From positions 28,513,438 to 28,577,437 of the forward strand of contig NC_054751.1 of assembly GCF_018143015.1 (NCBI RefSeq): DNA of 64,000 bases. Direction: 5' to 3'. Below the pieces are notes generated by a model. That model made no database searches and was not told where the DNA came from. It worked only from the letters and a program-made list of their open reading frames with translations. The DNA is from Lytechinus variegatus (taxonomy: Eukaryota). Position numbers and translations under genes: made by a program. Positions 1 to 12,203 of the stretch are shown in pieces. The first letter of the stretch is position 1; each line of letters opens with the position of its first letter.

Positions 1-149
1 TATTAAGAAATAAATATTTTCAACCCGGACCATTAGATAAACATGTTCATTCCTAAAACATTAATCTAAATGTCTGAATAAAAAAAAATCAACAACTTTC
101 ACTTCGCTCCCGAGTATAATTATGTGGATGGTGCTCTTCATAAATGAAG

Positions 150-480
150 CGCTAAGTTAATTCGCTCTCACAAGGTTCAGGGGCGCATTGGCGGCGGAAG
201 CCAAAAATTTTAGGAGGGGACAACCAAAAATTTTTGACAAGCAAAAAAAAGAAAAAGGTTCTCAACCCAAAAATCTTAGGGGGGAAGTAGGAAAATAAAT
301 TGACAAGCAAAAAAAAAAAAAAAAGGTCATCAACAACAAATTTAGGGGGGATCGTCCCCCCCTCCTCAAATTTAGGGGGGGACACGACCCCCCCCCCGTC
401 CCCCCGCTTCCGCCGCCTATGCAGGGGCGTAACAGGCGGGAGGGGTGGGGGGCAGGTGGAGTGGGCAAGCTCCCCCCCGG
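150..480. repeat. Tandem repeat of about 65 bp (ttgacaagcaaaaaaaa...ggt..tcaac.caaa..tttagggggg) followed by long poly-C/poly-G tracts
   Basis: Three units visible. Homopolymers of 8-11 nt. The ORFs called here (152..490, 262..468, 300..554, 417..662) are low-complexity artefacts. Confidence 0.6.
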
Positions 481-2275
481 CGGATTTCACTGGGAAAATA
501 AAAAAACGGGAAAAGAGAAAAGGGAGGGAGAAAGAAAGGAAAAGGGGAAGGTAAGGGGAAAAGGAAAGGAGGAAAAGGAAAGGGAAAAGTGAAAAGAAAA
601 CGAAGAGAAATGTTTTTTAATGAAAAAGGAAGGAAAGCGGAAAAGGAACGAAAGAAGAACACTTTAGAAAGAACAAATCATTCTATAATAGGCCTATGTA
701 CTGCAATTGCATAATGGGAAATAAATTAAAAGAGAACAAAGTGGAAAACAATAGCGGGAAACGAAGGTAATATGGCATTAGTCAAAAGCTAAATTGGAAA
801 ATAAAGAAAAGAGACAAGAAAAAAAACCTTTATAACACGACCGGGCTGCTAAAGGTTGAAAGTAAAGAGCGGGAAGAAAGATGGACAGCGTACTATAGTG
901 CTATAAGCTTGCTAAATTTTATGCACATCCTCTTCATCTATAACCTTCAAATGGCTCTATAACGCCCCCCCCCCCCGTGTAGGGACCATTCCTACAGGCG
1001 CGGCGGGGGGGGGGTTCTTGCAGGTTCCACACCCGAGAGGAAATGAAACAAATAATTTCATAGGAAACAACTATCTCTCTCTTAGGCGATCCTTCCACTG
1101 TTTTTTTTTTAAGATTCTCAGTTTAACGTATATGATTAATGGAAACAATGAAATGGAAAAATCTATCACATAATTAGAATTTAGGCACTTTATTTACAGC
1201 TCGCTTGCTACTTGTTACAAATTTCCCCACATTGTTATGTTTTGCCCCCTCAAAATATTTTGTTCATTACGCAACTGGGTTGAATAAATGTGTTGTGTAA
1301 AAGCTATATTATATTACCGCGATTTGATTAAATATAGCGGCAATCTGCGAGGTTTAAATTGCTTTGATATCAAGATGCCAACCGCACTGCATTGCCGTAT
1401 AACGGTTGAATATAATATAAAACAAATATCCCAAAGTCAGATTCTCATGAAAAGGTGATTTTTTTCACACTCGCCAAAAGTTCTACAACCAAGTGCAAAA
1501 AAAGAGGAAAGAAAAGCAAAGAAAATGATTTTATTTACTGAATATAATATAAAAAAAATCCCAAAGTTAGATTCTATGAAAAGGTGATTTTTTCACGCTC
1601 GCTTCGCTCGCTCGGGACTTATATTAAGCAGCTTTTTAGCACATGCGCCATATACTGCGCCCCTCGTTTTTTTTGTACTCTTCACTCAACTGCCGCAAAG
1701 AATCCTGTACACCGTGGCGTATACAGACCACAAAAATAAGGAATGGAAAGAGAGAAGAGTGAAATACACTACAAAAATCCGGTGTTGAGACCAGCCCGGA
1801 ATATATGTCCACAGAGAAGTATTGAAACAACACCAGTTTGGAATCAAACCGATGCTGTTTAATACAAATTGGTGTTGTATAAACACCCATCTGGTGTTAG
1901 ACCAAAATGAAACTGGTGTTGTTTAACACTGCTCTGGTGTGGACATGCATTGATTCTGGTCATGGTGTTAAATCAATACCAAAGTTTAGTTTTTGCAGTA
2001 TATATTATTCTCTGGACATCATGTCAAAATCTATCACAAAGTTGGATTTTTGTATTAAAAATGTCAAAAAAATTTCCTCGCTCGCTTCGCTCACTCGCAA
2101 TTTTTTAAATAAAGATTAATTCTGCCCAATACGCAATAGTTGGCCCACTCAAAATCGTCGCCGCATTACACCATTGCATTACGCCTGTTCATACCATGAT
2201 ATGACCGGGAAATTTTTTGCTCTTGCCCCCCCCCCCCGCACCCTGCCACCGACCCCTGTTACGCCGCTGTCAAGG
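418..2275. mobile_element. Possible 1.9-kb TIR element with G/C-homopolymer-rich termini (gcaggggcgtaacaggcggg...ggggggg at the left; ccccccccccccgcaccctgccaccgacccctgttacgccgctg at the right)
   Basis: Reverse-complement similarity between 418-478 and 2222-2275. Internal dispersed repeats ending (cccaaagt.agattct.atgaaaaggtgatttttt) occur at 1426-1478 and 1556-1608. Confidence 0.3.
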
Positions 2276-2464
2276 TTTGATTAGTGGGATACTTCTCTTG
2301 GTTTACATTGATTAGGTGCTTAAGAATTTCTTTGTTTTTAGGTCTCAATTAAGGTCTCGTTCTAACCAAAAATTCAACTCGGCGCACCCACATTATTATT
2401 ATTATCATTTGAGATCGCGCGCTCACATTCTTCATAAGGCTATAAGGCGTAGTTAAAACACCAT

Positions 2465-2780
2465 GGCCCGTACTTTGAACTCGAGTTTAAATTAAACCCT
2501 CGTTTCAAGTTGTGGTTTAATAAAGAGCCAATTGGAGCACATGCATTCAATTCATTAACTCATTTGACACCCCAATTGTTCACGGTATTGCCTGAGAATG
2601 GTAAATGAAGTATTTTCCATTGTGGTGAAAGCAAAATGAAACAAAATAGTAAACATAAGAATTAAGAAATACATAATATAAACAGAATTTTTGAATTTTT
2701 TACTCCCCATAATTTTAGCACAGAGTTAGACCGTGGTCTAAGTTAAACCTGATTTTAAACCTGAATACGGGCCTATACCG
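2465..2780. mobile_element. Candidate MITE (inverted repeats GGCCCGTACTTTGAACTCGAGTTTAAATTAAACC / GGTTTAAAATCAGGTTTAACTTAGACCAC)
   Basis: Imperfect inverted repeats at about 2465-2510 and about 2735-2780. Confidence 0.3.
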
Positions 2781-3317
2781 CCTTTATATACATTGGACTG
2801 CCCCCCCCAAAAAAAGGGCCTGAAAACACAACAAAATGAGCTTTTATAGCAGTCAATTGGGGGAAATGTGAATAAAAAGTAATGTTCCGTTTCTCCTATC
2901 GACCTTTCGTATCCCTTTCTCGCTCGATCGCCTTTCTCTCCTCGCTGAGGATCTCACAACTTCACAAAAATTGTGCTCCGACCTTCAAAATAATTATGCC
3001 CCCTCAAATCTTAAAGTGTTCCGGCGAGCTTGCCTTCAATGTCTTGTAACGTAACTTTAATTACTAACTATACCCTCCTTTATTTAATAAATTGAGGCAA
3101 AAAATCTTAAGGGTTTTAAAAATTCTTTATTGAGGGTATAGTCAGTGGAGGGATGATCAAAATATTGTGATCAAATAAATAAATAAAAAGAACACCAAGC
3201 TGGTATATAAACAATTACCTACTAGTATATGAAATATTTTTAGTCTAGGTTAATCAGTCATAGTGGCTGAAGTTTTAGACGACAGATATCACTCTCGGGT
3301 CTTTTTATCAAAGTGGA

Positions 3318-3395
3318 GACAATAGCAGAGTTGGGATTCCACAACCTTGCGATTATGAGTCCGATGCTCTAACCACTGGACCACACGGGTCGTCT
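3318..3395 (-). mobile_element. tRNA-derived SINE head or tRNA pseudogene (minus strand GTGGTCCAGTGGTTAGAGCATCGGACTCATAATCGCAAGGTTGTGGAATCCCAAC; CAT anticodon-like loop)
   Basis: D-arm, anticodon loop CTCATAA and a degraded T-arm are present. The acceptor stem does not pair, so this is not a functional tRNA. Confidence 0.45.
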
Positions 3396-5774
3396 AAAAT
3401 AAAAAAATATATATATGAAGTATTATGTTGCACACTTTCCATATTAATGGATAAAATATATTTTTCATTGTTAAGTGGCAGAAAAGAAAAAAGGAGGCCT
3501 ACAATTCCGAAAACATTGGCAAACAAATAAAAGGAGGATATTAGAAAAACCGGACCCTGGTCTTTAAATTGGTGGATCATCTATCACCCCCTCTAGCTCC
3601 CTGGTCATCCGCATGGGTAGGAAATGGGATTGGATAATTGCATTTCATTTCAAATAGGCACTGAAAAAGGTGTGAGCGGGGTGAGATTAGGCCGGACAAT
3701 TGTATTTTTAATCAGCGCAATTTTACTCTAGATATGCCTGCGAATGTTTGTCGACCCTTCACTGCCAAGAATTCTTATTAAAGCCCCCCCCCCCTTCCCC
3801 ACTTAATCTCCTTCCCCGCCCTGGGGAGGGGGGGGGCGATTCGAAAGAGATCAACAGCAAAAAAAGCCTGCGAGCGCGAGCTAGCGAGCGCGGCGAGAGA
3901 GCGCATATCGAGCCGAGATTATCGGCTGCGCATGCGCACTTACTCAAATATCTTCAGCGCCATTTTCAATATTCGCAAAATTTGTTTGTAAACAAGCCGC
4001 AAGTATTTGTCCTTATATAGGCCTAAGTCTATTGAATACATTTTCTTAAGGTAAGTTTTTTTTTAGCTATGTACTAAATTTGTGATTGTTTGGAATGTGC
4101 GCCCGATTTGTTATAGGCATAGTTAACATAACGTAACCATTTGCAGTTTCTTCTAAAAAAGTTCTAGCTACTGGAATCTACTTCAGTCCCACCTACTGTA
4201 AATTCTGTGACTGTTATTTAGATTAAAACAAAGTGAAATTCAAAGCTAAGACAGTCCGGACAAAAGAAACATAATTAAAATCATCATGCTCTGGGTTTTG
4301 TTGACATACATGCATCATATATTATATCACAAATAAGGCATGCCACAAATAATTATGATCGTTTCATTTATTTTAATATTGTTTGAGAGTAATTTGTAAT
4401 TATTTTCATTGAGCTGAGGAGCCTGAGCGAGCATGTTCTTGTCCACTCACACAACATGCGAGGTTAGTAATACTAACCTCGCACAACGCATGTGGTTTCA
4501 TAGTGGACTTTGACGTTTTCATTCATCACACGAATGTGAGGGAATGAAAAACGCCCACTCACACATTGTACGAGGTTAGTATGTACTAACCTCGTACAAT
4601 AGACCGTGTTTGACCCTGGATTTCGAAGTAGTCGGCAAACATCGCTTCATTGCTGAAGTAATATTTGCCGAAGCTCCTTCTCGCTACGCACCGGGGCTCT
4701 TGCCGGTAAGTAGCAAGAGTTTGTTGAATATAAAATAATAATAAAATAATAATCCGATAAAAAAAAAGCACATTTTGCTTACCTCGGCCTCGAAAACGAA
4801 AGTGACTTCGCTTGTCTCTTCCACGGAAATACAAGGAAGCCCGTTGGTGGCGCTAATAATTTCACAACCTTGATTCAGCTCCTCGGTAATTTTATAACTG
4901 TATCTAAATTCTTTGAATGCGCAATCCTCATGATTAATTTACTAATTATGGGCACCAATTAATGAAATGCCTTCAAAAAACATAATTAATGATTATTATT
5001 GGTGATGATAACACTCATTTGCATTAATTTAAAAAGATGACTGATAAAAAAAAATGAAAATAATATACGTGCCTGGAAAGAAACCAGCAGTACAAGCTTT
5101 GACGAACGTCAATAATACGTATACGGTGTACCAAAGTCTATACAATGAAAAGATTGGACACTTCACGGACTTTGCGTAATGCCTTGCGTCGATATGCGTG
5201 TAAAATAGTGTAGGTGCCTATTCTTTCCCTTGTCGTGTCTTTGATATGAATATAAATCGCGCGCCCTCTTCAGGAGAAAATTGATATCAACGCTGACTGA
5301 TTTCTATCTCCGTAAAATCTTCACTAAAGATCAAGAAAATATACATATTTTTAGAAAGAAACTTCAAGGAGAAGTCACGGAAGGATCTAAATGATTCGGT
5401 AAGTGTCATAGCAGGATGTGGAATGTTTATTTAAACATAATATTTTATGTGGGCAAAAGCCCACTGTATTTTCGAAGTGTAGTGGTGTGTCGCGTGCGTA
5501 TGACTGATAATCCTTCACTCGCGAGACGATATGAACCCATGGGTGAAAAACGCCAAACGTTCAGTATTTCTCCACTAGGCCCTATCGTATTAGGTGGTCT
5601 GTCTGTCTATGACAGATCACCTCTTAATTTCGTCAGAATTTTCTTATTATTTATTTATTTATTTTTACGGATTTTCTTGTCGCCAAGTTATCTCAAAATG
5701 GACTTGGTCAATTTCATTGAATTTCATGTCATCTATAGGATCTGTCATGGACACGTGCAGAGAAGTTTTTCAAG

Positions 5775-6400
5775 GTCATCAGGTCATGATGACGTCATCT
5801 AGGCGCCATTTTGTAAAATCACATTATCAATCATATCTCCATTATCAATTATCAAAAATCAATCAAATTATTATCACATCAACTTCAGGTCAAGGGTCAT
5901 CAGGTCATGTCATCAAAGGTCACCTGGAGGTCACGACGCGCGCGTCAAAATTTAAAAATGCTCAAAATCACTTTTTGACCAAACGAGAGTACGTTTCAGG
6001 TCATTCTAAGCATTTCAAAAATTTGCGCGCGCGCGCTTCCGCGCGTAACGCCTCAACGCAATCCAGAAACACCTTTTTTTTTACATCTTTGCATTGATAA
6101 TAAAATTTTGAACAATTTGATACCTTGATCAACCTTCTACGACCATTAATGACGAAATTAACACCCCTTGAAGTTTGCAGCACGTGTGCGCGCGAGCTCT
6201 CACTATAGGCCATATATGGGCAAAAACATGCCTCTTGAAAATTCACTGTAGCTCTTTAAATAGTCCATTGACCCCCCATTTTTTTTTCATATATCGATAG
6301 AGTATGAGTTGTAGATTCGATTTCATGTCATCAATGTCCCTAAATTATATCATGACGTCATCAAAATGGCGCCTAAACTAAAAATTTCATTTTTTCAAAA
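5775..6400. mobile_element. Candidate TIR element whose termini carry CRE-like palindromes (atgatgacgtcatctaggcgccattttg ... caaaatggcgcctaaac...atgacgtcatca)
   Basis: Inverted GCGCCATTTT / AAAATGGCGCC plus TGACGTCA at both ends. Internal GC-rich tgcgcgcgcgcgcttccgcgcg. Confidence 0.35.
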
Positions 6401-6849
6401 ATGACGTCATCAAATTTATGGAAATTCGGTTGTAACTTCTCAAATATAGATTGTTTTTCGCCCAGATTTCGATATGATGTAGTTTAGAATGTACTCTTTC
6501 TCCTCAGTTATCATGAATTCTCGTTTTGAGAAACGCATCATTGCGTAAAACAGCGATAAAAAGAGGCATGTCATTTTTCCTCATTTTGCGTGTAATCTCT
6601 CTGGGACATGACTTTTTCTCAAAACTAGATTCGACATTCCGCTATTTCGTGAGACATATCTCCATAGTTTCTTGTCAGTTTTCCCTGAGCTTTTAGTATG
6701 TTGTAGCTGAGATTCTTAGCTTTCGGGAGTGTGCCCTCCATTTTTTGATCAGATGCCGGGATCATGCCCGTATTTCGCTTGCAAAATTTGAATTGTAATT
6801 CTCAAAATTGCTTACGTGTAATTTCTATGGGGAATATCGTGGCTCAATG

Positions 6850-7000
6850 GATAACGCATTTGACGTGTTGGTCCGTGTTGGTCCGTGTAGGTCCGTGTTG
6901 CTGACGTGTTGGTCCGTGTTGCTGACGTGTTGGTCCGTGTAGCTGACGTGTAGGTCCGTGTTGGTCCGTGTTGACTACGTGCTCTGCTGGCATGATCCGT
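6850..7000 (+). repeat. Minisatellite, about 22-bp unit (gtgttggtccgtgttgctgac), about 7 copies
   Basis: Visible tandem periodicity. Gives the repetitive ORF HGPTRQQHGPTRQQ. Confidence 0.8.
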
Positions 7001-7541
7001 GTAGATCCGTGTGAAGCTGCCGTGTTGATGCCGTGTTCAGTCATCTGGGGCAAAACTATCCCGGACCTCCCCGGATCATGCCGGCATTGCCGTGTTGATT
7101 CGTGAAGATCTGTGTCTATAAATCATGATGGCGAGAATAAAGACAGACCACCTAATTCGTCCGCATGACGAATTAAATTCTAGTTTTAAAAATTAAATTT
7201 GTCTTAAAAATGATTTGGAAATTGTTTATAAAAGTGTTTTTATCGCTTACCTCCGAGTCTCAACCAGGATACTCCGTTCGATCCGTCCTTAATACTGCGG
7301 TAGAAAGTACGCAAACAACAAGCGAAAAGCAATTTTTCGTATCGAACATTCTCAATTCAAGTCGTCAGCGCATAATAGGAAATTGTACCAAAAATCAACA
7401 GGTTGCATCTCATGTATATACTTATTGGTAAAGTACGCCATCTTTTGACAAGATGATGATGAAAGTGGATTGAACGAGCAAGAAAATAATGCTGGTCGCC
7501 TAGAATGCAGCTAGCTTGCAAGACCGTAAACAAAGGTACGG

Positions 7542-7763
7542 TAGGCACTTAAGAACCAAGTTTGAAAGGACACTCGTAAAATTACGTCACTGTCGCGATG
7601 AATATTCATTAGATCGTGGTCGTGTGTGTTCAATACAAACTCTCTGCATGCATGCACTCAGTGTGTATTGAACACGCACGACCACGATCTAATGAATATT
7701 CATCGGCGAGAGTGACATAATTTTACGAGTATCCTTTCAAACTTGGTTCTTAAGTGCCTACCG
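7542..7763. repeat. About 220-bp near-perfect palindrome (hairpin) centred at about 7652 (ctgcatgcatgcac)
   Basis: Arms ggtaggcacttaagaaccaagtttgaaaggacactcgtaaaattacgtcactgtcgcgatgaatattcattagatcgtggtcgtgtgtgttcaatacaaactct and its reverse complement. Confidence 0.8.
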
Positions 7764-8064
7764 GCTTGGTGAATAATATCGCGCGCCCTCTTGAGACAAA
7801 AATTGATATCCACGCTGAGCAGGAGTTATCTACGTGAAGATCACGAAAAATGCTCTTATTTTATTAAAAAAAACAGCAAAGAGTATTCAACGAACGATCC
7901 ATATGATTCGGTAAGTGTTATAGAACAAGTATAATTCATAGCTATGATGTAAAGTCATAGTTATTTTAGTAAAAATGGTGTGAAAGATTCGCGTGCACCA
8001 GGTGCATATGAATCCTTCACACACGAGACGATTTGAAACCATGAGTGGTTCTTGTCATGCTTGT

Positions 8065-8150
8065 TCAACAATATGATTTTATTAATTTTTTATCAAGCCT
8101 CGGCTCAACAACTTGTTGAGCCGAGGCTTGATAAAAAATTAATAAAATCA
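8065..8150. repeat. About 85-bp perfect palindrome centred at about 8113 (caagcctcggctcaacaacttgttgagccgaggcttg)
   Basis: Read directly: atgattttattaattttttatcaagcctcggctcaacaa|cttgttgagccgaggcttgataaaaaattaataaaatcat. Confidence 0.8.
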
Positions 8151-9289
8151 TAAAATCCAGGCTTCAATCAAAATTTCCAAGACAAGTCTTACTTAGAATT
8201 CTGCAGCCTTTTGCATGATTGTTTTTTTACACTGACAGTGCAGGGGCCGGAATATAAACAGGAAACAATCTAAAACTTTTCTTGAAAAGATATAATAGTC
8301 TAGATTGACTGTAGTAGGAGTAAATTTTTCCCTCAAACGAGAGCTGAGAGTTGTAAATTAAAGTGAGAAATGAGAGATTTTTGCCTTCTTTCATGTTTTT
8401 GGAACAATCTAATGAGCCGACATGTTAGAGTATTGAAGTGCCATCATAATATATCGGACACTTAAAGCATATTATTAGACCAAAACAAAAATACATCATG
8501 AATCACATAAAAATCATGTGTATTTCCGTAGTACAAATGTTGTATATTATTATTAATGTTATAAAAAAAAATAAAAAAAATTATGGTAAGCGGAAATTAT
8601 TGATTTATTCTTCTTCCTCCTTCGTTACCTTCGAAGTTAAGCAGAGAGATCCTGCACAAACCACATTACCAGAAGCTTGTTTTGAGCCAAATATCGGACG
8701 CAGTTTCCAAATATTGGGAGTGTAGTGTTGTGCGCTGCAATCGATTTCGGAGATCTAAATTGCACTCTAGACCCCAAAATAATTGCTTAATTGGTGAGAA
8801 AATAACTTATTTTAGCTGCACATATGCTGATTTTAATTTACTATCAATAATTTTGATAAAGATCTAGAAATAGGTACCAGTAAATAATTATTTACTTACC
8901 AAATGGACCTCTTTTGGCTCTAGACATCGGACGTCTTTGCTCAGCTCATCTGTGTGTTACTGCAGCTGCTGACTTTCTACAGATGCACTACCCTGTATAT
9001 CTATATGCGCTATTGTCGCTTATGAGGTCAATACTGTTATGTTTTGACCTCACTGGTTCTACATGTAGGAGTGCCTGTGGGGCGGGTGCATCAGTGCCAG
9101 TCACTTTACCTTGGTCTGTCCAAATCCAAAAAAAGTACGCCCTAAATCTGATGAGGTTGTACGTTTTGACATTAAGCTATGAAGTGATTTTTAAAATCTG
9201 ACTCTCTTCACAAAATACAAGGCTAGATCAAGATCTATTTTGTTTTTACTTGTTAAGAAAAATGAGGGGAAAAAATCAATTTGAGACGA

Positions 9290-9368
9290 GAATCTACTCC
9301 ACCATATATTGGCGTTTTTGTCTAAAGATGTTAGTTGCACAATGTTGATGGGCTAATCGCTCTGCAAG
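9290..9368 (+). other. NCAPH: Candidate non-coding 5'UTR exon of NCAPH. Its donor ctgcaag|gtaaatg (gt at 9369) would give a 75-bp intron ending at the ttcccag| acceptor (ag at 9442-9443) just before the ATG.
   Basis: The ATG at 9446 sits immediately after a good acceptor, and a consensus donor lies 75 bp upstream. The TSS is not determinable from sequence. Confidence 0.3.
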
Positions 9369-9445
9369 GTAAATGAAACCATTCGTTTTTTTTACATGCT
9401 TATTTAGTTATAAATGCATTCATTTGGAATCTCTACTTCCCAGAA

Positions 9446-9690
9446 ATGTCGAGTACACCTCAAGTGGAGGTTCGGACTCCGGTTAGCCGACTGGCATCCA
9501 CAGCCGGACTGTCATCAGACTACATCTCCCCCACCACCCGGCGGAGACCCATCCCCCTGACCAGCCAGTCTTCTATCCTCTCCAACTTTGCGGAGAATGA
9601 TGACGCTGCAGAAAAGAGGCAACGGAGGCACTCCCGTGTCATGGAGATGCAACGTCACCTCCAGAGTCCCGTCTCCTCCCCATCGGACAG
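9446..9690 (+). CDS. NCAPH: NCAPH exon 1 (start codon). Encodes MSSTPQVEVRTPVSRL...DDAAEKRQRRHSRVMEMQRHLQSPVSSPSDR; ends in phase 2.
   Basis: ATG at 9446 preceded by an acceptor-like ttcccag. Exon ends GACAG|GCAAGT, a consensus GC donor. Similar in length and sequence to the human N-terminus. Confidence 0.75.
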
Positions 9691-9822
9691 GCAAGTATTG
9701 TGAAACCCTTGTGTGTGTTTAATTAAAGGACAAGTCCATCCCCCAAAATTAGTTGATTTTTATAACGGAGAAAAGGGGGGGGGGGTGTTATGCAAAGTAA
9801 GTCGACCTTTATGGCCCGAACT

Positions 9823-10226
9823 CACAAAGGTGGTTTTGAAAACCGGTTGAGTCCATGGTTTATGCAGATTTTCTGTATAAATACGCTTATTTTACCGTAT
9901 ATATTAAAAAATGTCCAATGCTGATGTGTGCTTTTGTCACAGTGCGGCAAATTGACGCCTGTTGCTGTGGTTATCCAGGCTATTTTAATCATGAGTCCAC
10001 TGTTTTTAATTAATGGTCTACTCTTCAGACAGTGGACTCATGAATAAAATAGTGTATCTAACCATGGTAACAGGCATCAATTTGGCGCACTGACAAAAGC
10101 GCGCATCAGAATTGGACAGTTTTTATACACGCGCTTGATACGCTCTAAATTAAGCATAATTTAAACAGGAAATCTGCATAGACCATGGATTCAACCTTTG
10201 CTTTTCAAATCCACCTTTGTGAATTC
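9823..10226. mobile_element. MITE, about 400 bp, TIR GGCCCGAACTCACAAAGGTGG...CCACCTTTGTGAATTC, with an internal palindrome
   Basis: Terminal inverted repeats of 20 bp or more. A second copy is at 29094-29515. About 130 bp downstream of the exon 1 donor. Confidence 0.6.
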
Positions 10227-12118
10227 AGGTCTAATGGTCTGCATAAATAAGTGATCCATCTGTACATTATTTTTTTTGTTTTTTACCCTGTTTGTTATTT
10301 CTTTTCCTCAAGAAAATAAAGATTATGTCACTTCAGATATTGGTTTTAGGATTATGAACCAATGGCAGTATTCTCAAAAGATTAAGAATTAGTGAGATGA
10401 AACATACTTGTCACTTAATCTTTGCTATTAAAGATGACAAGAACTTGTATCCTACATATGAAATAGGAAAATCATCATTTTCTTCGAAATCAGATATAAG
10501 TTATTTCTTTAAACGGAAGTTGACCATTAAACGGAGGCAAATATTAATGTAAGCACAAATCCATGAAAATTTGAGACTAATTTTTTTTAAAGACTTAATA
10601 AGGCTGTGAAATGTCCAAATTACAATATCTTTAATTGAGAGATTTTGGCAATTCTAAAAAAGGACAAAGTGAATCAGATACACTCTGTTTTTTTCTTTGT
10701 TGTCATTCAAATGACAAAAAAGGGAATAAAATCTCTTTATTTTTAAATGAATAATGATATTATATTATCATGTATTTTGATTTTCTCAGAGCAATAATAT
10801 AACCTTTAGCACCCCAAAACAACCTTTTTTTAGGGGGGAGGGGCTGATTGCAATAAAAATGGGGTTAAAAGAGAAAGAATAAAAATTAATGTATTGTTTT
10901 TTTTACGTGGTTTTCCATAGATCTTTATCAGAGAGTTGTATTATGTCCTGATAGACAGATTGGATAGTTTTGATGCAGAGATGTTTAATATTGTCTTGTG
11001 GCCAGTACTATATCATGACTTTATTATTATTTTATTTTGCTTTCTGACCATTAGCCCAACTGAAAGAAAGTAAGACTTCTCATTCCTTTTCTTTGAGTGT
11101 GCCGTGGTCTCTCTGTGTGTTGTCTTGCATTCAACTCTGAATATATCTAGAAATTATGTTTTCCTATTCAAAACCTACTTACAATTATTGTACTTAAATA
11201 GCCTTATACTTAGCCTGGCTTCTTTGATTACTAAATGGCTCCATGTATGTTCATGAAAGGAAACCTTTTATATTTTTTGAAAATTAAGTATTTGTAGCAG
11301 TATACATAAAAATGTTTCAATTTTAGATACCTATACAGGTCTGTTGATTAAAACAGATCTGTAATAAAAATTAATTTCAACAGCTTAATTCAACCTCCTT
11401 TAATAACATTAACTCGAGTTCAGATTTCTGAACCAATTAACTGTCATGAATTTCTTTCGCAGAATGCCCCCATTGTGATAATGTAGTTAATGTTCCCACT
11501 AGCAAGAAAAACTACTAGCTTCTCAATGCACTATGGAGTATTAGTATTCCAACAAGACATTGTATGTAGCCAAATTATGATACCAAGATCAAATGGCAAG
11601 CATAACACAACAGTCACAGTACTAAAGCTGTTTTCTCATTTAATTTTCAAGACTACCAATCCAGTGCAGTTGCCTGAATTACAGACCGCCCAATGTTTAA
11701 AAGCCTGTGAGAGGACAGTCCCCCTGTGTCTAGAGCGTCAGATCTATAATTTTGCATCTTGACATAAACTCCTCAGAATGAACATTTGTAATCATCAATG
11801 TATACTCAGATTGCTTATGATTCATTCAACTTGTATACTAGTAATTGCAAAAGAAGAACTGCCATTTTAAGGCACAATATTAAGACAACTTAGGCAAGAT
11901 ATGTCATCTAAAAAAATAATTCGCAATGTTGATTTATAAACTTTTGTATTGCCGTGTGAAAGTGAAACTTGGCATGATAATATTTGAATTGCAGTGGATA
12001 ATGTTTGTGAGTCTAATTACCTTCACAATGCATGTGGTTTCATTTTTTTACAACCTTAGGGGAAAGATTGCTTCTTGACTATTTTGAATATTTGTAAATC
12101 TGTTTTGGTGCCATACAG

Positions 12119-12203
12119 GAGGAGATCTCTACCCCTTAGTGGCTTATCAACCGGTCAGCTGACTGATCATTATTCAAACTGTATCAAGCTCTCTGCAGAA
12201 AAT
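12119..12203 (+). CDS. NCAPH: NCAPH exon 2 (RRSLPLSGLSTGQLTDHYSNCIKLSAEN)
   Basis: Acceptor catacag| and donor |gtaagt. Matches human ITEHYSTCIKLSTEN. Confidence 0.85.

Noticed and set aside
152-662. Overlapping ORFs 152..490, 262..468, 300..554 and 417..662
   Set aside because: They are translations of homopolymer and purine-rich low-complexity DNA (poly-G/C, GGAAAGG repeats). They have no codon structure and run on both strands.
4586-4834. Possible exon pair with gtaagt-like donors on both strands around 4690-4800
   Set aside because: The reading frames are short and interrupted by stops. The region is embedded in palindromic hairpin repeats (4440-4610). There is not enough evidence for a gene.
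5594-6097. 167-aa plus-strand ORF
   Set aside because: It lies within a TIR-bounded repeat with CRE-like palindromes. Its composition is low-complexity (repeated GQGSSGHV / ITSSTSGQ). It is unlikely to be a real gene.
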